From Hominicoprocola fusiformis (GTDB lineage: Bacteria; Bacillota; Clostridia; Oscillospirales; Oscillospiraceae), in assembly GCA_040095065.1 (NCBI GenBank), contig JBBNGO010000019.1, positions 9,517 through 41,516 on the forward strand: 32,000 nt of DNA, in the 5' to 3' direction. The notes below the pieces were generated by a model. It made no database searches, was not told the origin of the DNA, and worked only from the letters and a program-made list of their open reading frames with translations. Each line of letters opens with the position of its first letter. The stretch's first letter is position 1. A program made the position numbers and the translations under genes. Below are positions 7,772-15,520 of this stretch, piece by piece.

Positions 7772-9280
7772 ATGAAGCAGCGCATATACATTGCAATCGA
7801 CCTGAAATCTTTCTATGCCTCCGTGGAATGCCGTGAGCGTGGCTTAGATCCTCTGGACACAAACCTCGTTGTCGCAGATGAGAGCCGGACGGACAAGACC
7901 ATCTGCCTTGCCGTTACTCCCTCCCTCAAAAGCTACGGCATCTCCGGACGCGGACGGCTGTTTGAAGTCAAGCAGCGTGTGAAGGAATCAAATGCCGGAC
8001 GGCAGCACGACGCGCCGGGACACAGGCTGGACGGCACATCACACTTCTTCTCGGAGCTGCAAGCAAACCCGTCTCTGGCGATTGACTTCATCATCGCGCC
8101 GCCTCGAATGGCGTACTACATGGAGTACAGCACCCGCATCTATCAGGTCTACCTCAAGTACATCGCGCCGGAGGACATCGTAGTCTACTCCATCGACGAG
8201 GTGTTCATGGACGTGACGGACTACCTGAACACCTACAAGCTCTCCGCCCATGATCTCGCCATGAAGATCATCCTCGATGTGCTTGAAACAACCGGCATCA
8301 CAGCAACCGCAGGAATCGGCACGAATCTTTTCCTCTGCAAAGTGGCAATGGACATTGTGGCAAAGCACATCCCCGCCGATAAGAACGGCGTCCGCATTGC
8401 AGAGCTGGATGAGATGAAGTTCCGACGTGAGCTTTGGTCTCATCAGCCTCTCACGGACTTCTGGCGCGTGGGTCGGGGCATTGCCAAGAAACTTGAGCAA
8501 AATGGGATGTTTACGATGGGCGATGTTGCCCTCTGTTCAGAGCGGAACGAGGACTTGCTTTACAAGCTGTTCGGCAAGAATGCGGAGTTGCTCATCGACC
8601 ATGCGTGGGGCTGGGAGCCTACGACCATTGAGGCAATCAAGGCGTACCGTCCCAGCTCCAACAGCCTCAGCTCCGGTCAGGTATTGCACTGTCCCTATGA
8701 GCCGCAGAAGGCGAAGCTGGTTGTCCGGGAAATGACGGACTTGCTTGTGCTGGACTTGGTGGACAAGGGGCTTGTCACCGATCAGATGGTTCTCACAGTT
8801 GGCTACGACATTGAGAACCTGACTGATCCGGCGCGACGGGCAAAGTATCACGGTGCGGTTGAGACAGATCATTATGGGAGGCAGATTCCGAAACAGGCGC
8901 ACGGCTCTATCAACCTCGACGGTCACACATCATCTACCCGCAAAATAATGTGTGCTGTGTCAGAACTCTTCGACCGGATTGTTGACAAGAATCTGCTTGT
9001 CCGCCGTATGTATGTTGTTGCAAATCATGTGCTGCCGGAAGCTGATGTACCGAAGAAAAACGACGGTGCAGTCCAGCTCGACCTCTTTACCGACTATGCC
9101 GCCGAAGAGGAAAAACAGAAAGCCGAAGATGCCGCTTTGGAGCGTGAGCGGAAGATACAAGCCGCCACGCTTGCCATCAAGAAGAAGTATGGAAAGAACG
9201 CCATCCTCAAGGCAATGAATCTTGAAGAAGGTGCAACCGCGAAAGACCGCAATGCGCAGATTGGAGGGCATAAGGCGTGA
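7772..9280 (+). CDS. Y-family (DinB/UmuC/UvrX-like) translesion DNA polymerase
   Basis: IYIAIDLKSFYASVECRERGLDP and YSIDEVFMDVTDY contain the catalytic Asp/Glu motifs. GIGTNLFLCKVAMD is also present. Followed by a YolD-like gene, as in the Bacillus uvrX-yolD and yqjW-yqzH pairs. Confidence 0.92.
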   Translation: MKQRIYIAIDLKSFYASVECRERGLDPLDTNLVVADESRTDKTICLAVTPSLKSYGISGRGRLFEVKQRVKESNAGRQHDAPGHRLDGTSHFFSELQANPSLAIDFIIAPPRMAYYMEYSTRIYQVYLKYIAPEDIVVYSIDEVFMDVTDYLNTYKLSAHDLAMKIILDVLETTGITATAGIGTNLFLCKVAMDIVAKHIPADKNGVRIAELDEMKFRRELWSHQPLTDFWRVGRGIAKKLEQNGMFTMGDVALCSERNEDLLYKLFGKNAELLIDHAWGWEPTTIEAIKAYRPSSNSLSSGQVLHCPYEPQKAKLVVREMTDLLVLDLVDKGLVTDQMVLTVGYDIENLTDPARRAKYHGAVETDHYGRQIPKQAHGSINLDGHTSSTRKIMCAVSELFDRIVDKNLLVRRMYVVANHVLPEADVPKKNDGAVQLDLFTDYAAEEEKQKAEDAALERERKIQAATLAIKKKYGKNAILKAMNLEEGATAKDRNAQIGGHKA

Positions 9281-9699
9281 ACGGAAAATACGACGAGATC
9301 ATGGGACTTCCTCACCACGTTTCCAAAACGCGACCACAAATGCCGATGTCAGATCGTGCAGCGCAGTTTGCGCCCTTTGCCGCCCTCACCGGCTATGATT
9401 CTGCAATCAAGGAAACCGGACGTCTGACCGACGAAAGGCTTGAGCTTGATGAGGGAGCCTTGACCGCTTTGAACATGAGGTATCAGCTCCTCATGGATGC
9501 CCTTGATGAAGAGCCGGAGGTTGAAATAACCTACTTCAAACCTGATGAGCGCAAAGCTGGCGGTGCGTATGTAACTGCAACCGGCGCAGTCATAAAGGTT
9601 GATGACTTTGAGCGCCTGATTACAATGCAGGACGGCACGAAGATTCCGATGGATGACATCTTAAGCATTGACGGAGAGCTGTTCTTGTCCTTAGAATAA
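9277..9699 (+). CDS. YolD-like protein (accessory to Y-family polymerase)
   Basis: RPQMPMSDRAAQFAPFAALTGYDSAIKE is the YolD-family signature. The GTG start overlaps the polymerase stop (GTGA); ATG 9301 is an alternative start. Confidence 0.8.
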   Translation: MNGKYDEIMGLPHHVSKTRPQMPMSDRAAQFAPFAALTGYDSAIKETGRLTDERLELDEGALTALNMRYQLLMDALDEEPEVEITYFKPDERKAGGAYVTATGAVIKVDDFERLITMQDGTKIPMDDILSIDGELFLSLE

Positions 9700-9741
9700 T
9701 GTCGCTTGCCATGCGACCAAATGAAGTGAATACCGAAGTAC

Positions 9742-9781
9742 AATATGACTGTAAGGTGAGACACCAAGCAGTCATATTTTT
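9742..9781 (+). terminator. Weak hairpin plus T-run between yolD-like and vWA genes (attenuator or partial terminator)
   Basis: AATATGACTG (9742-9751) pairs with CAGTCATATT (9769-9778) across a 17-nt loop, followed by a T-run through 9781. The stem is AT-rich, so this is a weak call. Confidence 0.3.
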
Positions 9782-9800
9782 ATATACGGAGGTACAAAAC

Positions 9801-10457
9801 ATGAGAAAGAACTTGACGGAGATCGTATTCATCCTTGATCGCAGCGGCTCTATGAGCGGACTGGAAACAGACACCATCGGAGGATTCAACTCCATGATTG
9901 AAAAGCAGAAAAAAGAGAATGGCGAGGCATTGATCTCTACCGTTCTCTTTGACAACGTGAGCGAGGTTATCCATGACCGTGTGCCGGTTCAGAAGGTGGA
10001 GCCGATGACCGACAGGGACTATTCCGTTCGCGGCTGCACCGCGCTTCTGGATGCTATCGGCGGAGCGATTCATCACATTGGAAATGTCCATAAGTACGCA
10101 AGAAAAGAGGATGTCCCTGAACACACACTGTTCGTCATCACAACGGATGGCATGGAGAATGCAAGCCGCCGTTATGACAGCGAGAAGGTCAAGAAGATGA
10201 TTGAACGACAGAAGAAAAAGTACGGCTGGGAGTTTCTTTTCCTCGGTGCAAACATTGATGCAGTTGAGACGGCAAAGCATTTTGGAATTGGAGCAGATCG
10301 AGCGGTCAATTACCACTCTGACCGCGAGGGAACGCAACTCAACTATGAAGTTCTGAGCGAAGCGGTTTCCGCTGTCCGATGCAGCGTACCACTGGGTACG
10401 AATTGGAAAAAACGTATTGATGAGGACTTCAATTCCAGAAAGGACGGGAGAAAGTAA
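9801..10457 (+). CDS. von Willebrand factor A (vWA) domain protein, cytoplasmic
   Basis: MRKNLTEIVFILDRSGSMSG carries the MIDAS DxSxS motif. GCTALLDA and FVITTDGMEN supply the remaining MIDAS Thr/Asp. ATG 9801 lies 6 nt after ACGGAGGT. No signal peptide. Confidence 0.85.
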   Translation: MRKNLTEIVFILDRSGSMSGLETDTIGGFNSMIEKQKKENGEALISTVLFDNVSEVIHDRVPVQKVEPMTDRDYSVRGCTALLDAIGGAIHHIGNVHKYARKEDVPEHTLFVITTDGMENASRRYDSEKVKKMIERQKKKYGWEFLFLGANIDAVETAKHFGIGADRAVNYHSDREGTQLNYEVLSEAVSAVRCSVPLGTNWKKRIDEDFNSRKDGRK

Positions 10458-11116
10458 TGAGAACAATCACCGTAAAAGGGACAGGCAATGTCTCCGCAAG
10501 ACCGGATTACATCATCCTATCCCTGAACATTGAAGTCTTATCTGAAACCTATGACCGCGCAATGTCGGAAGCTGCCGAGAGAATCGAAAGACTGCAAGGT
10601 GCCGCAGTCCGCGTTGGGTATCGCAAGGAAGACCTGAAAACCACGAGCTTTGATGTCCAGACAAGGTACGAGAATGTCAAGGATCGGCAAGGAAATTACA
10701 AGCGAGAGTTTGCCGGATATGCTTGCAGCTATCGCTTGAAACTTGCCTTTGACTTTGACAGCAAGCAGCTTGCAAAGGTCATTTCTGCGATTGCGGATTG
10801 TGGGGCGCAACCAGAACTCAGCATTGCGTTCACCGTGAAAAACCCGGCAAGAGTCAGCGAAGAGCTGCTGATCAATGCGACGGAGAACGCCAGGGCAAAG
10901 GCGGAGATTCTTTGCAAAGCATCAGGCAGTACGCTTGGGCAGTTGCTCAACATCGACTACAACTGGGGCGAACTCAATGTTTTTTCCAGAACAAGCTACG
11001 ATGTTGAAGACTGCATTCAGCCTCTCATGGCGATGAGCAAGTGCGCCGCACCTGAGATTGAGCCGGTTGATATTGATGTGACAGACACAGTGGCTTTCAC
11101 ATGGGAAATCCAATGA
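10457..11116 (+). CDS. SIMPL / DUF541 domain protein lacking a signal peptide
   Basis: MRTITVKGTGNVSARPDYIILSLNIEV...AMSEAAERIERL...NATENARAKAEILCKASG is the SIMPL (YggE-like) pattern. The start overlaps the vWA stop (TAATG). Confidence 0.78.
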   Translation: MRTITVKGTGNVSARPDYIILSLNIEVLSETYDRAMSEAAERIERLQGAAVRVGYRKEDLKTTSFDVQTRYENVKDRQGNYKREFAGYACSYRLKLAFDFDSKQLAKVISAIADCGAQPELSIAFTVKNPARVSEELLINATENARAKAEILCKASGSTLGQLLNIDYNWGELNVFSRTSYDVEDCIQPLMAMSKCAAPEIEPVDIDVTDTVAFTWEIQ

Positions 11117-11225
11117 TTTTTTGACTTTTTTGAAATCCGGTACTCAACAAACGCCCTTTTTGTGTCCGTTGTAAAGTGAAGGGACATTTCACGGAGGAAT
11201 CTTCGGGGAATACGTTTTGGGAGAT

Positions 11226-11305
11226 TAGCAAGCAAATCCGGTGAGTACCCACCGGAGAAAAATCAGTTAAGGAGACCCTGCCCTTAACATCAGATTTTTG
11301 CTTGT
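11226..11305 (+). other. Candidate oriT: nested inverted repeats upstream of mobC/relaxase
   Basis: Hairpin CCGGTG-AGTACC-CACCGG at 11238-11255. Hairpin GTTAAGG-N9-CCTTAAC at 11266-11288. Both are enclosed by an imperfect outer repeat, AGCAAGCAAATC (11227-11238) and GATTTTTGCTTGT (11293-11305). Nick site not identified. Confidence 0.45.
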
Positions 11306-11351
11306 TGGGATAGTCCCAAACCCTTCTAATCTTTACGACGGAGGGCGCAGC

Positions 11352-11681
11352 ATGGTACGAAGAACACGAGACATTCAGAAGAAGATTTGGCTGACACCAC
11401 AGGAAGAACGGACGATTGCAAAGAAGATGGAAATGATCGGCACAGAGAACTTCGGTGCGTATGCAAGGAAGATGCTGATTGACGGCTACATCATTGTCGT
11501 AGACTACACAGAGCAGAAAAAGCTCGCCGCCGAAATCAACAAGATCGGCGTGAACATCAATACCGTCTGCCGCAGGATCAACTCGACGGGACGATTCTAT
11601 CAGGACGATATTGACGAGCTGAAAGAAAAGATGGACGCGGTATGGCAGTTACTAAAATCAAAGCAATCCGAGGAACTTTGA
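11352..11681 (+). CDS. mobC: MobC-family relaxosome accessory protein
   Basis: MVRRTRDIQKKIWLTPQEERTIAKKMEMIGTENFGAYARKMLIDGYII...NKIGVNINTVCRRINSTG is the typical MobC pattern. ATG 11352 follows GGAGGG. The gene overlaps the relaxase start. Confidence 0.8.
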   Translation: MVRRTRDIQKKIWLTPQEERTIAKKMEMIGTENFGAYARKMLIDGYIIVVDYTEQKKLAAEINKIGVNINTVCRRINSTGRFYQDDIDELKEKMDAVWQLLKSKQSEEL

Positions 11682-13006
11682 GCAAGGCAATCGCGTACAT
11701 TCTGAATCCCGAAAAGACCGACGAGAAGCTGCTGGTCTCGTCCTACGGCTGTGCCAGCGAGACCGCAGCGCGGGAATTTGAATGGACGCGGAAAATAGCC
11801 GAGCAAAAAGGGATGACTCCGGTCAGGATCATAGCCCGTCATGTGATCCAGTCCTTTGAAATCGGAGAGGTCACGCCGGAGCTTGCCCACGAGATCGGCA
11901 AGCAGTTCGCAGATGAAATCCTCGAAGGAAAATATGAGTATGTGCTGACCACTCACATTGACAAAGACCATGTTCATAACCACCTGATTTTCAATGCGGT
12001 TGACTTCGTGGACTACCACGCATACAAGAGCTACAAGCGGATTTACTACGATATGCGCGAGGTCAGCGACCGGCTCTGTAAGGAAAACGGTCTCTCTGTT
12101 ATCCCTCCCTCTCAGAACAAAGGCATGAGCTACAAGGAGTACACCGAAGCCAAACGCGGCACGAGCTGGAAGCAGAAACTCAAGCAGACCATCGACCGGC
12201 TTGTCATCACGGCGAAGGACTACGATGATTTTCTGCGGCTCATGCAGGAAGCCGGTTATGAAATTAAACCCGGCAAATACATCTCCTTCCGCGCTGAAGG
12301 TCAGGAGCGGTTTACCCGTTCTAAGACCATCGGAGAGAACTACACCGAGGAACGCATCAAGGAGCGGATTGCCGGACGGACGCCCCGAAGAAGTCAGAGA
12401 CAGACCACGCCGAAGGGCATCTCTCTCATCGGAGATATTCAGGAGCGGATCAGGCTTATCGACAGCAAGGGTTATGAGCATAAATCAAAGCTCACTATCC
12501 TCAAGGAAGCGGCACGGACGCTCAACTATCTCACAGACAACAACTTGCTCCAATACGCCGATCTTGAGAAGAAGGTCGAGGATGTTCACAGCTCCTATGA
12601 TCGTACCGGCAAGGAGCTGAAAGGCGTTGAAGCGCGGCTGCGGGAAGTCCAGCCGCTTATCAAAAACATCTCCAACTACCAGCGCCTAAAACCTGTATAT
12701 GACGCTTTCCAGAAGGCAAAAGATAAGCCGGGTTTCAAGGCAAAGCATGAGGCAGAGCTTGTGATCTTCGAGGCGGCACGGAGTACGCTGCTTGCCATGC
12801 AGGGCGATGAAAAACTGCCGAGCTTGAAGACGCTGCAAGCGCAACAGCAGCGACTTCTCGATGAGCAACAGCGGCTCTATGATGAACGTGCGAAGCTCAA
12901 AAAAGAAGTAAAACAAATAGAGACGATCAAGTCTAATGTTGATACGTTTCTCGCTCCTTCTGCTGACCATGACCGTGATCATCTGCGCAGCACACAGCGC
13001 GAATAA
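11642..13006 (+). CDS. Relaxase / mobilization nuclease (MobA/VirD2 family, PF03432-type)
   Basis: N-terminus is MAVTKIKAIRGTLSKAIAYILNPEKT. The histidine triad is THIDKDHVHNHLIFNAVD. The C-terminus is coiled-coil. Confidence 0.92.
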   Translation: MAVTKIKAIRGTLSKAIAYILNPEKTDEKLLVSSYGCASETAAREFEWTRKIAEQKGMTPVRIIARHVIQSFEIGEVTPELAHEIGKQFADEILEGKYEYVLTTHIDKDHVHNHLIFNAVDFVDYHAYKSYKRIYYDMREVSDRLCKENGLSVIPPSQNKGMSYKEYTEAKRGTSWKQKLKQTIDRLVITAKDYDDFLRLMQEAGYEIKPGKYISFRAEGQERFTRSKTIGENYTEERIKERIAGRTPRRSQRQTTPKGISLIGDIQERIRLIDSKGYEHKSKLTILKEAARTLNYLTDNNLLQYADLEKKVEDVHSSYDRTGKELKGVEARLREVQPLIKNISNYQRLKPVYDAFQKAKDKPGFKAKHEAELVIFEAARSTLLAMQGDEKLPSLKTLQAQQQRLLDEQQRLYDERAKLKKEVKQIETIKSNVDTFLAPSADHDRDHLRSTQRE

Positions 13007-13017
13007 TCTCGTCAAAA

Positions 13018-13051
13018 GCAGGGCATCTCCGATCAACAGGAGATGCCCTGC
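13018..13051. terminator. Perfect 13-bp stem hairpin after the relaxase gene
   Basis: GCAGGGCATCTCC, 8-nt loop, GGAGATGCCCTGC. There is an A-run (CAAAA) on the 5' side and no T-run on the plus side, so efficiency as a plus-strand terminator is uncertain. Confidence 0.45.
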
Positions 13052-13109
13052 ATCCTTGAGAGAAGGTTCGAGAAATTGAAACTTTTTCTTTAATTTCTGC
13101 ATCAACGGA

Positions 13110-13138
13110 TTGCTTTTGAGAATGAAATCCAGTATAAT
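13110..13138 (+). promoter_or_regulatory. Sigma-A type promoter upstream of the HTH-hsdM operon
   Basis: TTGCTT (13110-13115), 17-nt spacer, TATAAT (13133-13138). It lies about 35-45 nt upstream of the HTH gene start. Confidence 0.5.
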
Positions 13139-13173
13139 ATTATAAACGATGTTGAATGCAAGCAAGCGAAAGG

Positions 13174-13395
13174 ATGGTTGCCGTGCGCATAAGCTATAAG
13201 AAACTATGGATGCTTCTTCTGGAACGCGACATAAAGAAGGCTTCTCTACGACATGAAGTAGGGCTGTCTGCCGGAACATGGACAAAACTGAATAAGGGGG
13301 AAGAAGTGTCCCTCTCTATTTTGCTGCGCATTTGTGATTACTTGAACTGTGACATCGGAGATATATGTGAGGCTGTGCGAACGGACAAGAACTGA
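13174..13395 (+). CDS. Small XRE-type helix-turn-helix protein at the head of the R-M operon
   Basis: RISYKKLWMLLLERDIKKASLRHEVGLSAGTWTKLNKGEEVSLSILLRICDYLNCDIGDICE is the short HTH family. The true start may be GTG 13183, which has better spacing from AAAGGA. Confidence 0.8.
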   Translation: MVAVRISYKKLWMLLLERDIKKASLRHEVGLSAGTWTKLNKGEEVSLSILLRICDYLNCDIGDICEAVRTDKN

Positions 13396-13464
13396 GTCCG
13401 GTTTTTCGTACAGCTCTTTTTGTAGAATAGTAAGTGTGAAACTATAACTTTGGAGGTTGCTGAA

Positions 13465-14967
13465 ATGGCTGAAAATAACACAAGCAATATCGGCTTTGAA
13501 AAACAAATCTGGGATGCGGCTTGCGTCCTGCGCGGAAACATCGACGCATCCGAATATAAGTCGGTCGTTCTCGGACTGATTTTCCTGAAATACATTTCAG
13601 ATCGCTTTGAGGCAAAGTACAAGGAGCTGGTTGAAGAAGGCGATGGATTTGAAGAAGACCAGGACGAATACACTGCCGAAAACATCTTCTTTGTCCCTGA
13701 GAATGCACGATGGAGCGCGATTGCTGCTGCCGCTCATACGCCGGAAATTGGCACGGTGATTGATGATGCAATGCGCAGTATTGAGAAAGAAAACAAGCGT
13801 CTCAAAGATATTCTTCCTAAGAACTTCGCCCGTCCAGAGCTGGACAAGCGGCGTCTTGGTGAAGTGGTTGATCTCTTCACCAATATTCAGATGATCGAGC
13901 ATGGAAACAGCAAGGACATTCTTGGTCGCACATACGAATATTGCCTCTCCAAGTTTGCCGAGCAAGAAGGCAAACTTGCCGGTGAGTTCTATACTCCCTC
14001 TTGCGTTGTGCGTACCCTTGTTGAAGTGTTGCAGCCGTTTAATGGGCGTGTTTATGACCCGTGCTGCGGCTCTGGCGGTATGTTTGTTCAGTCCGCAAAG
14101 TTCATCGAAAATCACGGCGGCAACATCAACAAGATTTCTGTTTTTGGTCAGGACTCTAACCCGACCACATGGAAGATGGCGCAGATGAATCTTGCCATTC
14201 GCGGTATTGAAGCCGACCTCGGCAAGTTTAATGCGGACACATTCTTTAACGATTGTCACCCGCAGCTCAAGGCAGACTTTATTATGGCGAATCCTCCCTT
14301 CAATCTTTCTGGCTGGGGTGCAGATAAACTCGTTGATGATGTCCGTTGGCAGTATGGTACGCCTCCTGCTGGAAATGCAAACTTCGCGTGGTTGCAGCAC
14401 ATGATCTGGCATCTCGCTCCGAATGGACGTATCGGTATGGTGCTTGCAAATGGTTCGCTTTCTTCGCAGTCCGGCGGTGAAGGTGAAATCCGCAAGAACA
14501 TTATCAATGCTGACCTTGTGGACTGTATCGTTGCAATGCCGACGCAGCTATTCTACACGACGCAGATTCCGGTATCGCTCTGGTTCCTTGCAAAGAACAA
14601 GAAGCAAAAAGGCAAAACGCTGTTCATCGACGCACGGAAACTCGGCACTATGGTTACGCGGAAGCTGCGCGAACTGACGGATGAAGACATCAAGAAAATT
14701 GCCGACACTTATAATGCCTTCGGTGATGGAACACTCGAAGATGAAAAGGGCTTCTGTGCTGTTGTCACTACACAGGACATTGCAAAGCAGGATTACATTC
14801 TCACTCCGGGACGCTATGTTGGTATTGAGGAACAGGAAGATGACGGCGAGCCGTTTGAAGAGAAAATGGGGCGTTTGACTTCTGAACTTTCTGAGCTCTT
14901 CGCAAAGTCCCATGAACTTGAGACGCAGATCAAAGAACGACTGGGGGCGATTGGATATGGGCTATGA
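13465..14967 (+). CDS. hsdM: Type I restriction-modification system, DNA methyltransferase subunit M
   Basis: N-terminus is IGFEKQIWDAACVLRGNIDASEYKSVVLGLIFLKYISDRF. Other motifs are FYTP, the SAM motif DPCCGSGGM and the catalytic NPPF (FIMANPPFN). ATG 13465 follows GGAGG. Confidence 0.95.
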   Translation: MAENNTSNIGFEKQIWDAACVLRGNIDASEYKSVVLGLIFLKYISDRFEAKYKELVEEGDGFEEDQDEYTAENIFFVPENARWSAIAAAAHTPEIGTVIDDAMRSIEKENKRLKDILPKNFARPELDKRRLGEVVDLFTNIQMIEHGNSKDILGRTYEYCLSKFAEQEGKLAGEFYTPSCVVRTLVEVLQPFNGRVYDPCCGSGGMFVQSAKFIENHGGNINKISVFGQDSNPTTWKMAQMNLAIRGIEADLGKFNADTFFNDCHPQLKADFIMANPPFNLSGWGADKLVDDVRWQYGTPPAGNANFAWLQHMIWHLAPNGRIGMVLANGSLSSQSGGEGEIRKNIINADLVDCIVAMPTQLFYTTQIPVSLWFLAKNKKQKGKTLFIDARKLGTMVTRKLRELTDEDIKKIADTYNAFGDGTLEDEKGFCAVVTTQDIAKQDYILTPGRYVGIEEQEDDGEPFEEKMGRLTSELSELFAKSHELETQIKERLGAIGYGL

Positions 14968-15520
14968 AACGTATCGTATTGCTGACCTAATTGATGAAAT
15001 TGCGATGGGTCCATTCGGATCAAATATTAAAGTCTCGTGTTTTGTGGATAGTGGCGTACCTGTCCTAAATGGTAGTAATCTTGAGGGCTTTTCTCTATCC
15101 GAAAAGACATTCCGCTATGTCACAAGGAAAAAAGCTGACTCTCTTAACAAGGCAAATGCACATCGCGGGGATATTGTAATAACACACAGAGGAACGCTTG
15201 GGCAAATAGTGTTTATTCCTCAAGATTCAAAATATGACCGGTATGTGATTTCGCAATCTCAGTTTAGGGTGCGATGCAACGACAAGGTTTTGCCCGAATA
15301 CCTTGTCTATTACTTCCACACTCCAATAGGACAGCATAAACTTCTAAGCAATGCCTCACAGGTTGGCGTCCCTGCATTGGCGAGACCATCTTCGACCTTT
15401 CAACAGATTGAGGTCGTATTGCCTGAATTAAGTATTCAGAAATGTGTTGTCGAGATTATTTCCACAATCCAAAAAAAGATTGTGAACAATCAAGAGCTAA
15501 ACGATAATTTAGCAGCTTAG
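14957..15520 (+). CDS. hsdS: Type I R-M specificity subunit, half-size (single TRD 'A1', ends ...NDNLAA*)
   Basis: MGYETYRIADLIDEIAMGPFGSNIK...PALARPSS...LPELSIQKCVVEIISTIQKKIVNNQELNDNLAA. There is one target-recognition domain, then the central conserved helix, truncated 2 codons after the 15-bp core repeat. The start overlaps the hsdM end by 11 nt. Confidence 0.85.
   Translation: MGYETYRIADLIDEIAMGPFGSNIKVSCFVDSGVPVLNGSNLEGFSLSEKTFRYVTRKKADSLNKANAHRGDIVITHRGTLGQIVFIPQDSKYDRYVISQSQFRVRCNDKVLPEYLVYYFHTPIGQHKLLSNASQVGVPALARPSSTFQQIEVVLPELSIQKCVVEIISTIQKKIVNNQELNDNLAA
15498..15512 (+). repeat. Shufflon core repeat copy a (TAAACGATAATTTAG)
   Basis: Exact 15-mer encoding (L)NDNL at the end of half hsdS A1. 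It is followed by CAGC, then TTA (reverse complement of the stop of cassette B2). Confidence 0.85.

Noticed and set aside
9801-10457. vWA gene as part of a TerY-P defence system
   Set aside because: The required Ser/Thr kinase and PP2C phosphatase partners are absent. The neighbour is a SIMPL protein.
11600-12481. 293-aa minus-strand ORF
   Set aside because: It is antisense to the relaxase gene, which has the histidine triad and a conserved N-terminus. It is a shadow ORF.
13597-14412. 271-aa minus-strand ORF
   Set aside because: It is antisense to hsdM, which carries NPPF and SAM-binding motifs. The same reasoning applies to 19328..20143 (opposite the DUF262 gene) and 21612..22301 (opposite hsdR).
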